Origin: Bacillales bacterium
GTDB lineage: Bacteria > Bacillota > Bacilli > CAJFEE01
Direction: 5' to 3'
Assembly (NCBI GenBank): GCA_029256085.1
Contig: JAQSYP010000003.1
Span: 3,891 to 67,890 of the forward strand
DNA: 64,000 nt
The position numbers were made by a program, and so were the translations under genes. This document shows positions 30,318-39,176 of this stretch, piece after piece; positions within the stretch are counted from its first letter, which is position 1; each line of letters begins with the position of its first letter. The notes beneath the pieces are model-generated. The model was given only the letters and a program-made list of their open reading frames with translations. It was not told the DNA's origin and did not search any database.

Positions 30318-32300
30318 ATGTATCTATTAGGAAACATATCAATTTACCTAGGATTAGCATTATCAATTTATTCACTAATTGTTTTAGTACTTGGTGTTAT
30401 TAAACAAAACCAAAGACTAATTAACAGCGGTAAAGGTGCTGCAATTAGTGTATTTATTTCTATGGCTACTGCAACTGCAGTAATGCTATACTTCCTAGGT
30501 ACATCTAACTTTCAGATTGAATACGTAAGAGATTACACAAGTTCTGAACTTCCAATGGGTTATAAGTTATCAGCACTTTGGGCAGGAAACTCTGGGTCTT
30601 TAATGCTTTGGAATTTATTCTTAACGATGTATATTGTTATGATTGTATTTTCAAGAAAACTTAAAGGGACTCCGTTTATTCCTTATGTTACGGCTATACT
30701 AATGGGTAATGCAGTGTTTTTCTACTTTGTATTAGGGTTTGTTGCTAAACCTTTCGTTCTGTTAGAGACAGCTCCTGCAGAAGGACACGGCTTAAATCCG
30801 ATGTTACAAAATCCTGGTATGTTAATACATCCAGTAACACTTTATTTAGGTTATGTTGGACTAGCTGTACCATTTGCATTTGCTATGGCAGCTTTAATAA
30901 TCAAAAATATGGATGATTTCTGGATTAAGATAACGAGAAGATGGACAATCATCGCTTGGTTATTCTTGAGTTTAGGTAATATTTTAGGTGCTCAGTGGGC
31001 ATACGTGGAATTAGGATGGGGTGGCTATTGGGCATGGGATCCAGTAGAAAATGCATCATTCATGCCATGGCTAACAGCTACTGCATATCTACACTCAGTA
31101 ATGATTCAAGAACGTAAAAACATGTTAAAAGTTTGGAATATAGCATTAATTATTACTTCGTATGCATTAACGTTATTTGGGACTTTCCTAGTACGAAGTG
31201 GAGTTCTTACATCAGTACATGCTTTTGCGAACTCTTCACTAGGTACATGGTTCTTAGTGTATATGACTATCGCATTACTAGGCGGACTTTATGTTGTGTT
31301 TAGTAGATATCATTTAATTAAACGCGATGCTGGTCAATTCCAGTCATACTTATCAAAAGAAAGTAGCTTCCTATTTAATAACCTTATCTTAGTTGGATCT
31401 GCTTTTGCGGTATTCTGGGGAACAATATTCCCAATCGTATCAGAAGCTATTAAAGGTAAGAAAGTAACAGTAGGTATACCTTTCTTTAACACTGTACAAG
31501 CTCCGTTACTTTTATCATTAATTTTTATCATGGCAGTTTGTCCACTAATCGCTTGGCAGAGATCTTCTGGGAAAAACTTAGTTAAGAATTTCTTAATACC
31601 GGCATTAGTAAGTTTAGGGATAGCAATACTTTTATTTATACTTGAAGTTACAAAGCCTTGGGCATTAATTAGTTATACGGTAGTTGCATTTATGATTCTT
31701 ACTCACGTTTCAGAATTTATCAAAGGAACAAGAGCTAGAATGAAAATGACAGGTGAAATGATTCCTGTAGCATTATATCGTTTAGCTGTTAGAAATCGCA
31801 GAAGATACGGTGGGTATATCGTCCATTTTGGTATTGCGTTAATAGCACTAGGCATCATTGGTTCACAGAACTATGAGACAGAAATAATGAAAACAGTATC
31901 TCAAGGTGAAGTAATTAGAATAAACAACTATGCTATTACTTATGAGAAATTAGATCAAAAGTCGGAAGGCATAAATGATATTATCTATGCTGATCTATCA
32001 ATTCAACACGCTGGAAAACCAATTGGTATTTTCGAACCTGAGAAGGTTTTCTACGGTAACTGGGATCAACCATCTACAGAAGTTTCTCTTTACAGTACAT
32101 GGAAAGAAGACTTATATATTACATTAAATAACTGGGAAGATGATGGACGAGCGACATTCCATATCAAGGTAATTCCAGGAATGCAGTTAATGTGGACAGG
32201 TTCTATATTATTAGTTATAGGAACGTTGTTTGCAATTTGGAGTGGTAAGTTTGGTAATATTACTCCAAGATACACAGGTAATCAAAAAGACGTATTTTAA
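30318..32300 (+). CDS. ccmF: Cytochrome c heme lyase CcmF/NrfE
   Basis: LWAGNSGSL, GLNPMLQ, HPVTLYLGY, WAYVELGWGGYWAWDPVENAS, LVRSGVLTSVHAFA. Confidence 0.95.
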   Translation: MYLLGNISIYLGLALSIYSLIVLVLGVIKQNQRLINSGKGAAISVFISMATATAVMLYFLGTSNFQIEYVRDYTSSELPMGYKLSALWAGNSGSLMLWNLFLTMYIVMIVFSRKLKGTPFIPYVTAILMGNAVFFYFVLGFVAKPFVLLETAPAEGHGLNPMLQNPGMLIHPVTLYLGYVGLAVPFAFAMAALIIKNMDDFWIKITRRWTIIAWLFLSLGNILGAQWAYVELGWGGYWAWDPVENASFMPWLTATAYLHSVMIQERKNMLKVWNIALIITSYALTLFGTFLVRSGVLTSVHAFANSSLGTWFLVYMTIALLGGLYVVFSRYHLIKRDAGQFQSYLSKESSFLFNNLILVGSAFAVFWGTIFPIVSEAIKGKKVTVGIPFFNTVQAPLLLSLIFIMAVCPLIAWQRSSGKNLVKNFLIPALVSLGIAILLFILEVTKPWALISYTVVAFMILTHVSEFIKGTRARMKMTGEMIPVALYRLAVRNRRRYGGYIVHFGIALIALGIIGSQNYETEIMKTVSQGEVIRINNYAITYEKLDQKSEGINDIIYADLSIQHAGKPIGIFEPEKVFYGNWDQPSTEVSLYSTWKEDLYITLNNWEDDGRATFHIKVIPGMQLMWTGSILLVIGTLFAIWSGKFGNITPRYTGNQKDVF

Positions 32301-32302
32301 TT

Positions 32303-32343
32303 AAAGCAGCTGGGGGAGAGTCTTTCTCCCCAGAGCTTTTTTT
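32303..32343 (+). terminator. Intrinsic terminator between ccmF and ccmH
   Basis: CTGGGGGAGAG-TCT-TTCTCCCCAG followed by T-tract. Confidence 0.75.
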
Positions 32344-32386
32344 GAGTATATAAGGTATTTCAAAAGCTACCCAAGGGGGTAAAAAA

Positions 32387-32896
32387 ATGTGGGTTAGAAA
32401 GTTAATAGTTACACTGGTTGCCTTTTCTTTTCTAGGGTTTGGACAAATCGTTCAAGCTGAGGAGGAATTCGAACCATATAAGGATGAATACTATACTCCT
32501 GAATTTAGAGCAGTTGCTAGAAAAATTAAGTCTTTAGACAGTTGTTCGTCACTATATGATTGTCCAACAGGCCCATTAGTAAGAACCGCAAAACCAGATA
32601 TAGTTAAAATGATAAGTGAAGGTAAAACAACCGAAGAGATACTAGATTATTTCGTAGATACTTACGGTGAAGAAATTCTAATTGAACCAAAGAAAAAAGG
32701 TTTTAATATTGCAGCATACGCAGTTCCTGCAGCTATTATTGTTGGAGCAACAGGACTAATTGTATATGCAATAAGATTTTGGACAAGAACCTCTAGAACA
32801 GAGGAAGAAGAAAATGTTGTAGAAGATTCTCAAGATGAAACAGAATCAGAAATTATGAAAAAAATGATAGACGAAGAACGAAAAAAGTTTCTTTAG
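32387..32896 (+). CDS. ccmH: CcmH/CycL-like cytochrome c maturation protein with atypical Cys motif
   Basis: Signal peptide; I..MISEGKT.EEILDYFV.TYGE.IL..P followed by TM; Cys pair spaced C-x5-C (SCSSLYDC). Confidence 0.8.
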   Translation: MWVRKLIVTLVAFSFLGFGQIVQAEEEFEPYKDEYYTPEFRAVARKIKSLDSCSSLYDCPTGPLVRTAKPDIVKMISEGKTTEEILDYFVDTYGEEILIEPKKKGFNIAAYAVPAAIIVGATGLIVYAIRFWTRTSRTEEEENVVEDSQDETESEIMKKMIDEERKKFL

Positions 32897-32907
32897 GATG
32901 TGAAAAC

Positions 32908-33285
32908 ATGGAAGGTCAATTAACTACAATTGCAATGATAGCGTCTGCACTTCTTGTTTTAGGTTGTTTATATTTAACTATTTCTCCATTTTTCGTGCTT
33001 GATGAAGGTACATTCGAGTTGAAATTTACTAAAAATAAGAATAAGACTCAAAGTCACAAAGAAGCACTATACTCAACACTAAACGAAATTGAGATAGAGC
33101 ATAAAATGGGTAAAATCTCTGATGACGATTATAAGGAATTAACAAACAAGTATGAGACTATGATCGCGAAAATGATGAAAGACGATGATTTTGTTTCTAT
33201 TGATAATATTGATAACAAACTATTAAGTGAGATAGAAAAAGAAATTCAAGAAGAGCTGGACAAGAGGGAAAAAGGAGGTAAGTAG
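32908..33285 (+). CDS. Small membrane protein, CcmI N-terminus-like
   Basis: One TM ending in PF, then KEALYSTLNEIEIEHKMGKISDDDYKEL. Confidence 0.7.
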   Translation: MEGQLTTIAMIASALLVLGCLYLTISPFFVLDEGTFELKFTKNKNKTQSHKEALYSTLNEIEIEHKMGKISDDDYKELTNKYETMIAKMMKDDDFVSIDNIDNKLLSEIEKEIQEELDKREKGGK

Positions 33286-33286
33286 T

Positions 33287-34279
33287 TTGAAAAAATTCTT
33301 AAAGATTGCTTTAACCGCGCTACTTTCTCTACCCTTATTTTCTAACACAGTTCTAGCGGCAGCAAATATAGTCTATGAAAGTAATCATGTTATTTTTCAA
33401 CCAATCAATGAAAATACAATTAAGATAACATCAATGGCTACACTAGTAAATAGTGGGGATGATAAATTTGAAGGTAAAGTAGGGTATGGGTTACCTCTAA
33501 ATTACTCAAATCTTCAAATTGGCGATCAATCAATTAAGCCAACGAATGAGGCAAATGCTTTTACAATCGACGCTACTATAGCTCCAAATGAAAAGAAATC
33601 AATTTCATACTCTAACGATCAAGGCTTAACTAATAATGTAGCGAAAATTGATTTTGTCTATCCTCATGATGTACAAGTATTAAATATTCTAATACCTAAA
33701 GATACTGCTGAGGTAACTATTACTGGAGCAAAGTTCGAAGATAAAGGTGAATTCCCTTTTGAAAGTACAACTTTAAAACAATACGAAATTAAAGACTTAA
33801 AAGCTAATACAAAAGTTACAATTGATTACAAAAGAAACCCTAATGCACCAGCGCAAACTGGAACTGAAGGCACTCAAAACAACCAGAACCAAGAAACTGA
33901 TCAAAGTAATGTAACAAGAAAAGCACCACAATTTCATAACCCTGGACATTTAAGAATGTGGAACCAATCTGCTTTAAGTAGCTTTGACCCACACATTCTT
34001 TTGATAGTTCTAGGAATTATATTGGTGGCTATAGTTGTCTATTTTGCTTATTTTGAAATGAAACGCAGAAAACAACTAGAACACGTGAAATCTGATCAAG
34101 AAGAAAGAGTATTTAAACAACTTATTGCTAAGAGAAGTGCTATAATGAACAAGATTTTAGAGTTGGAAGAAGAATATAACTCTGGAAACATATCTGATGA
34201 AGATTACACTAAGAAAATGGAAGCATATAAGAATCACCTAATCCAAGTCAAACTTAGCCTTCGCGATTTTGTTGAATAA
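33287..34279 (+). CDS. Uncharacterised exported membrane protein, paralogue of 28782-29804, with SHOCT/CcmI-like tail
   Basis: Signal peptide, beta-rich domain, FHNPGH segment, TM, tail ILELEEEYNSGNISDEDY. Confidence 0.78.
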   Translation: MKKFLKIALTALLSLPLFSNTVLAAANIVYESNHVIFQPINENTIKITSMATLVNSGDDKFEGKVGYGLPLNYSNLQIGDQSIKPTNEANAFTIDATIAPNEKKSISYSNDQGLTNNVAKIDFVYPHDVQVLNILIPKDTAEVTITGAKFEDKGEFPFESTTLKQYEIKDLKANTKVTIDYKRNPNAPAQTGTEGTQNNQNQETDQSNVTRKAPQFHNPGHLRMWNQSALSSFDPHILLIVLGIILVAIVVYFAYFEMKRRKQLEHVKSDQEERVFKQLIAKRSAIMNKILELEEEYNSGNISDEDYTKKMEAYKNHLIQVKLSLRDFVE

Positions 34280-34296
34280 TGATTGGAGTGCAACCA

Positions 34297-35010
34297 ATGA
34301 TTAAAATTGATAATTTAATAAAACGTGTTGGTGACAAAGTTATTTTAAAAGGTGTTTCACTTAATATAACAAAAGGTGAAACAGTAGGAATTCTTGGACC
34401 AAATGGTGCGGGTAAAAGTACACTTTTAAAGGTAATTGCTACTTTACTAAAGCCTACATCAGGGGAAGTTACTATTGACGGGTTAGACCTGAAAAAGGAT
34501 CCTATTAAAATTAAAAGTAAACTAGGGTATTTACCACATGCTAGCTTATTATATGATCACTTTACACCTTATGAAAATCTAAAGTTCTTTTCTAAAGTGT
34601 ATTACTTAGATAATGTTGAAGAAAGAATTCATAAACTTATAGATGATGTCGGTTTAAGGCTATTTACTCATGAACCAGTTAAATCATTCTCTAGAGGTAT
34701 GGTTCAAAGAATTGCAATTGCAAGATCTATTATACATGATCCTGAAATACTACTTTTAGACGAACCACATACCGGCTTAGACCAACAGGCAATTGGTATA
34801 CTTAACAACGTCGTTGCGAAACTTCAGGAAAGAGATGTTACAACTCTTATCGTAACTCATGATTTTTTACAAGCAGCAAAAGTATGCGATAGGATAGTAA
34901 TAGTAAGAAATGGTAGGATAGCAGACGATTTCCTGCTAGAAGGACAAGATATAAACCTTTTACAGAAACGATATCAATCGGTCGTAGAGGGGGATTCTAA
35001 TGCTATTTAA
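34297..35010 (+). CDS. ccmA: Heme exporter ATP-binding subunit
   Basis: GPNGAGKS, FSRGMVQR, LLLDEP; directly before ccmB. Confidence 0.88.
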   Translation: MIKIDNLIKRVGDKVILKGVSLNITKGETVGILGPNGAGKSTLLKVIATLLKPTSGEVTIDGLDLKKDPIKIKSKLGYLPHASLLYDHFTPYENLKFFSKVYYLDNVEERIHKLIDDVGLRLFTHEPVKSFSRGMVQRIAIARSIIHDPEILLLDEPHTGLDQQAIGILNNVVAKLQERDVTTLIVTHDFLQAAKVCDRIVIVRNGRIADDFLLEGQDINLLQKRYQSVVEGDSNAI

Positions 35011-35677
35011 AGGTGCAATGGCTTTAGCCTGGAAAGATCTTTATACTGAATGGAAGACAAAACAAACTATAAGTACGATGCTTATTTTTGCGGGATTAGT
35101 TGTAATTGTATTTAGTTTTGCTTTTGATCCTATGAACACGACAGTTAAAGCAATAATTCCTGGATTGATTTGGGTAATTATTGTGTTTGCAGGTTTATTA
35201 GGACTTAACCGCTCCTTTACTTCTGAGGGCAAGAATGACACAATACACGCACTTATAGTTGCTCCATTAGATCCTAGTAGTATCTATCTTGGGAAGTTCA
35301 TTTCAAATCTTGTTATGATACTTATAGTTGAAATTATTTCAATACCGTTCCTTTTTATCTTATTTGATTTTAAATTTCATGCTAATCTTTTATATTTTAT
35401 TTTAACTATTTTTATTGGAACATTTGGATTCGTTAGTGCAGGAACATTTCTAGCAGCATTAAGCTCAAACTCAAGAAGTTCAGAGATGCTACTCCCAATA
35501 ATTCTGTTTCCAATATCGACTCCAATATTAATAGGTGCTGTTCAAGCAACTAAAATACAATTAATTAGCCCAGATAAATTTGCTAGTGCGATTTCATGGA
35601 TGCAATTAATTACAGCCTACGATTTAATAATTTTCGTAGCGTGCTTTATACTATATGAATATGTTCAGGAGGTGTAG
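35000..35677 (+). CDS. ccmB: Heme exporter permease
   Basis: KDL..E.K, GLIW....FAGLL.L.RSF..E, LLP..LFP...P.LI. Confidence 0.9.
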   Translation: MLFKGAMALAWKDLYTEWKTKQTISTMLIFAGLVVIVFSFAFDPMNTTVKAIIPGLIWVIIVFAGLLGLNRSFTSEGKNDTIHALIVAPLDPSSIYLGKFISNLVMILIVEIISIPFLFILFDFKFHANLLYFILTIFIGTFGFVSAGTFLAALSSNSRSSEMLLPIILFPISTPILIGAVQATKIQLISPDKFASAISWMQLITAYDLIIFVACFILYEYVQEV

Positions 35678-35679
35678 TC

Positions 35680-36429
35680 ATGAAAAAATATCAAGATATA
35701 GAACTAGACTATGCAAAAGGAGTACAACCAGTTTCCACAATCCATAAGCTTTTAACGTATACAACTGCGATTTTATTTATTGTACTAGTATACATGGCAT
35801 TCATCTACTCACCAGTTGAAAAAACGATGGGACCAGTTCAAAAAATATTTTATGCACATGTTCCTTCTGCGTGGATTGCTGGTGTAGCATTTTTAGGAGT
35901 TTTTATTTTAAGTATTGCATTCCTTATAACTAGAAAAAGAATATACGATTTATATGCTGGAATCTCAGCTGAAATCGGTGTTGTATTTACTACAATCGTT
36001 TTAACTACTGGGCCAATTTGGGGACGCTCATCATGGAATAGCTGGTGGTCATGGGAACCAAGACTAACAACTACACTAATCTTATGGTTTATCTATTTAG
36101 CATACGTAATGATTAGACATATGGATTCTCCTTGGGATAAGAGAGCAAGACTAGCTGCAGTATTCGGTATAATAGGATTCTTAGATGTACCAATTGTATT
36201 CTTTGCTATCCGTTGGTGGAATACAAAAATGCATCCAATAGTATTTGGTGAAGGTAAAGACCAAAGTGGTGGTGGTCTTGAACCAGAAATGTTAGCAACA
36301 TTATTTGTTGGTTTAGGAGCATTTACGTTATTGTACATTGTACTATTGCAAAAAGGTGTAATGATTGAGAAAGCAAAAATAGCAGTACAGGCTTATAAAG
36401 AAAAATTACAAGATAAATTAGTTCGATAG
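35680..36429 (+). CDS. ccmC: Heme exporter / CcmE-loading protein
   Basis: IFYAHVP.AW, TGPIWG...W..WW.WEPRLT (WWD domain), RWW...HP. Confidence 0.93.
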   Translation: MKKYQDIELDYAKGVQPVSTIHKLLTYTTAILFIVLVYMAFIYSPVEKTMGPVQKIFYAHVPSAWIAGVAFLGVFILSIAFLITRKRIYDLYAGISAEIGVVFTTIVLTTGPIWGRSSWNSWWSWEPRLTTTLILWFIYLAYVMIRHMDSPWDKRARLAAVFGIIGFLDVPIVFFAIRWWNTKMHPIVFGEGKDQSGGGLEPEMLATLFVGLGAFTLLYIVLLQKGVMIEKAKIAVQAYKEKLQDKLVR

Positions 36430-36441
36430 GAGGCTACTAAT

Positions 36442-36567
36442 ATGGGATATTTAGCATCTGCTTACGGAGTAACTTGGTTTTTAATAGCAGCTTACATGCT
36501 TTTTCTAGGAAAAAAGCAAAGTGACATCGTAAAAGAAATTAAATTTTTAAAAGAGTTAGACAAATAA
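36442..36567 (+). CDS. ccmD: CcmD-like small protein (41 aa; not in ORF track)
   Basis: AGGAGG RBS; MGYLASAYGVTWFLIAAYMLFLGKKQSDIVKEIKFLKELDK: hydrophobic N-terminus with AY, charged tail, directly after ccmC. Confidence 0.82.
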   Translation: MGYLASAYGVTWFLIAAYMLFLGKKQSDIVKEIKFLKELDK

Positions 36568-36585
36568 AAAGGGGGCGTTCCATCT

Positions 36586-37104
36586 ATGGGTTCGCGCAAA
36601 ATACTACAAATCGTAGTTCTTGCCATTGTAGTTGGTTTACTAGCTTTCTTTGCCCTTGGCTTAAAATCTAACTTCAACAAAATAGAAAAAGGCGATCAAG
36701 CTTTCCTATTTGAAGCTGATAACATGGATAAGAAGAAGGTAAATCTAAACGATTATAAGGGTCAAGTAATTGTTTTAAACTTCTTTACTAGTTGGTGTGA
36801 TCCGTGTCGTGACGAAGTGTATGAGCTTGAGGAATTTAACAAAGAAGTTAAAGACTCTGGTAAGGCTGTTTTCTTTATTGTAGATAGAGGAGAAACACAA
36901 AAGCACGTTCAGAAGTTTATTGATGAATTTGATACTAAATCAGAGTACTTATTTGACTATAATCACTCGATATCAGAGAAATATGGCGTTGTTGGACAAC
37001 CCGAGACTTTAATAATTGATAAAAAGGGTGTTCTTAGAGAACATTTATTAGGACCGACAACAACACAGGAATTACTTTTCCTTGTGGATAAGTACAATAA
37101 ATAA
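36586..37104 (+). CDS. Membrane-anchored thiol-disulfide oxidoreductase (CcmG/ResA/TlpA-like)
   Basis: N-terminal TM, LNFFTSWCDPCRDE, YGV.GQPET.IID. Confidence 0.88.
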   Translation: MGSRKILQIVVLAIVVGLLAFFALGLKSNFNKIEKGDQAFLFEADNMDKKKVNLNDYKGQVIVLNFFTSWCDPCRDEVYELEEFNKEVKDSGKAVFFIVDRGETQKHVQKFIDEFDTKSEYLFDYNHSISEKYGVVGQPETLIIDKKGVLREHLLGPTTTQELLFLVDKYNK

Positions 37105-37110
37105 TACAAT

Positions 37111-37146
37111 GGATGTGTCTAGTGTAAACTGGACACATCTTTTTTT
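37111..37146 (+). terminator. Intrinsic terminator ending ccm cluster
   Basis: GATGTGTCTAGT-GTAA-ACTGGACACATC followed by T-tract. Confidence 0.8.
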
Positions 37147-37255
37147 AGCTATAGGAAAGTATAAACTTCTGCGTAGTTCATACTTTCCAAACGCATAAGA
37201 GCAACTACGGCTCTGTCGTCGCCCATAAGGCTCGACAATCGCCGAGTTTTATTTA
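37147..37255 (+). repeat. Repeat family A, copy 2
   Basis: Aligns along its length to 6833-6942. Confidence 0.9.
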
Positions 37256-37299
37256 GTAAAGTTTATGTCTAATCTTGGCATTATTATATAGGTGAATAT

Positions 37300-38292
37300 A
37301 TGAGAAATCGTAATTTAATTATCATGGGAGTAATCAATATATTATTAATTTCATTAATGGGAACTATTGGATTTTCAATTATTGAAGATATTAAATGGTT
37401 TGATGCTTTATGGCTAACATTCGCATCAATACTAACAATTGGTTATGGTGATATAGTTCCTGTCACAACAGAGGGTAGGATTTTCGCATTAACATTAGTC
37501 CCCTTAGGAATAGGTGTAGTTACATATTTTTTTAGTTATTTAGCAGCAAGGTTTATAGAAAAAATCTTCTCGAAAACGTCATGGAGGAAGAGAATGAACA
37601 AGAAAATTAACTCTTTAAAAGAGCATATTATTGTCAGTGGATATGGTAGAGTCGGAGAAAAGGTAGTTCAAAACCTTCTAAATAACAAGATAAATGTTGT
37701 AGTCATAGAAAAAAATATCACAAGTTTTGGTCATGAAGAACAACCCTTTTTATATGTTGAGGGCGATGCTACAGATGAACATACATTGCTAGAAGCTGGA
37801 ATAAAGAATGCAAGTGGATTTATAACGACACTTCCAGATGATGCAGCAAACCTGCTTGCAACAATGTCAGCAAAAGATATTAATCCAAGTATACATATAG
37901 TAGCTAGGGCAGAAAGACCTGAATCAGAACGCAAACTAATTAGAGCAGGTGCGGACCGAGTTATTAATCCATCTTCATTAGGTGGAGAGAGAATGGCACT
38001 TACGTTACTAAAGCCGCTAACAATAAATTATTTTGAAACTATTTTACATGATGATAATAAAGAATTTAGTTTCGGAGAATATAAAATCACACCAGATTCC
38101 AAAGTTCTTAATCTTACAATATCCGAGAGTAATATTAGAAAAGAAACAGGCGTCACGATAATAGCTATACATAGGAATGGGGAACTTATAGGTAGTCCAG
38201 CACCATCTGAGTTATTAAGACTTGATGATGTAGTTATTGTATTAGGACTTACAGAAGATTTATCAAAACTAGAAAATTATCTATTAAAATAA
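37300..38292 (+). CDS. Potassium channel (2TM pore + RCK/TrkA-N and TrkA-C domains)
   Basis: Selectivity filter TIGYGD; GYGRVG Rossmann motif; GDAT; AGADRVINP. Confidence 0.9.
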   Translation: MRNRNLIIMGVINILLISLMGTIGFSIIEDIKWFDALWLTFASILTIGYGDIVPVTTEGRIFALTLVPLGIGVVTYFFSYLAARFIEKIFSKTSWRKRMNKKINSLKEHIIVSGYGRVGEKVVQNLLNNKINVVVIEKNITSFGHEEQPFLYVEGDATDEHTLLEAGIKNASGFITTLPDDAANLLATMSAKDINPSIHIVARAERPESERKLIRAGADRVINPSSLGGERMALTLLKPLTINYFETILHDDNKEFSFGEYKITPDSKVLNLTISESNIRKETGVTIIAIHRNGELIGSPAPSELLRLDDVVIVLGLTEDLSKLENYLLK

Positions 38293-38329
38293 GCAGATGG
38301 CCATTGTAGACCATCTGCTTTGTTTTGTA

Positions 38330-39154
38330 TTAAGTTAATAAGTTACTTAATGTAGGTACTATCCTTAGCTGTGGAGAATAGTAATTTTGTTTAACGTGAG
38401 AAATAAAAATAGCATTCATGCCTAACTTAAGAGCGGGTGCAATTTCATTAATAAAATTATCCCCTACAGAAGTAGCTTCTTTTGGTTGAGCATTATATTT
38501 TTTTAAGAAAAATTCAAAATGTTCCTTAGTTTTCATGGGCTTGTTTGCTGGTGCAACTACTTCGTTAAAAATATTTTTAAGACCAAGTAAACTTAATAAT
38601 CGAATAGCATCAGCTTTATCAGTGTTTGTCATTAGGATTAACTTATGTGTTCTACTTAACCTTGTTAATGCGTCAGTAAGACCTGGTGTATGCTCAAACT
38701 TATAGTCTTTTGATGCCATTAATTCTTTTGTCTTATTATAAGCATCATAAGGAGGCATTAATCCATGGTGAATCGATGCAGTTGCGGGAATCCACCAGCC
38801 ATCGCTAACAAGCATGAATCTCTTCTCGTCAAGTAAATCTAATTCCTTATACTTTGGATAAGCTTGAGCATATGGGATTAACATACCATCCCATGTGTGG
38901 GCTTCAGTAACCTCTAGTGTCATTGGATCAAGTGTGAGTATAAGCTTTTCTTTAATATCATAAGCTTTACCAACCGTTAATGCGTGATTTCGACTAGTTA
39001 TTAATTCATAGTCTCGGAGAAATTTCTTACCTTGATCTAGGGACATGTGTTTTATTAGTTCATTGGCGTATATATCGAAATGATTTCTTCCTTCATACAA
39101 GGTTCCATCTAAGTCGAAAAATAAGACTTTAGATTGCAGTAATAATTCTTTCAT
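38330..39154 (-). CDS. HAD family hydrolase
   Basis: FFDLDGTLY motif I, MTN, KP, VGDNFINEI.PA; start ATG 39154 after AAGGAG. Confidence 0.85.
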   Translation of the reverse strand: MKELLLQSKVLFFDLDGTLYEGRNHFDIYANELIKHMSLDQGKKFLRDYELITSRNHALTVGKAYDIKEKLILTLDPMTLEVTEAHTWDGMLIPYAQAYPKYKELDLLDEKRFMLVSDGWWIPATASIHHGLMPPYDAYNKTKELMASKDYKFEHTPGLTDALTRLSRTHKLILMTNTDKADAIRLLSLLGLKNIFNEVVAPANKPMKTKEHFEFFLKKYNAQPKEATSVGDNFINEIAPALKLGMNAIFISHVKQNYYSPQLRIVPTLSNLLT

Positions 39155-39176
39155 ACCTATCTCCTTATAGTGGCGA

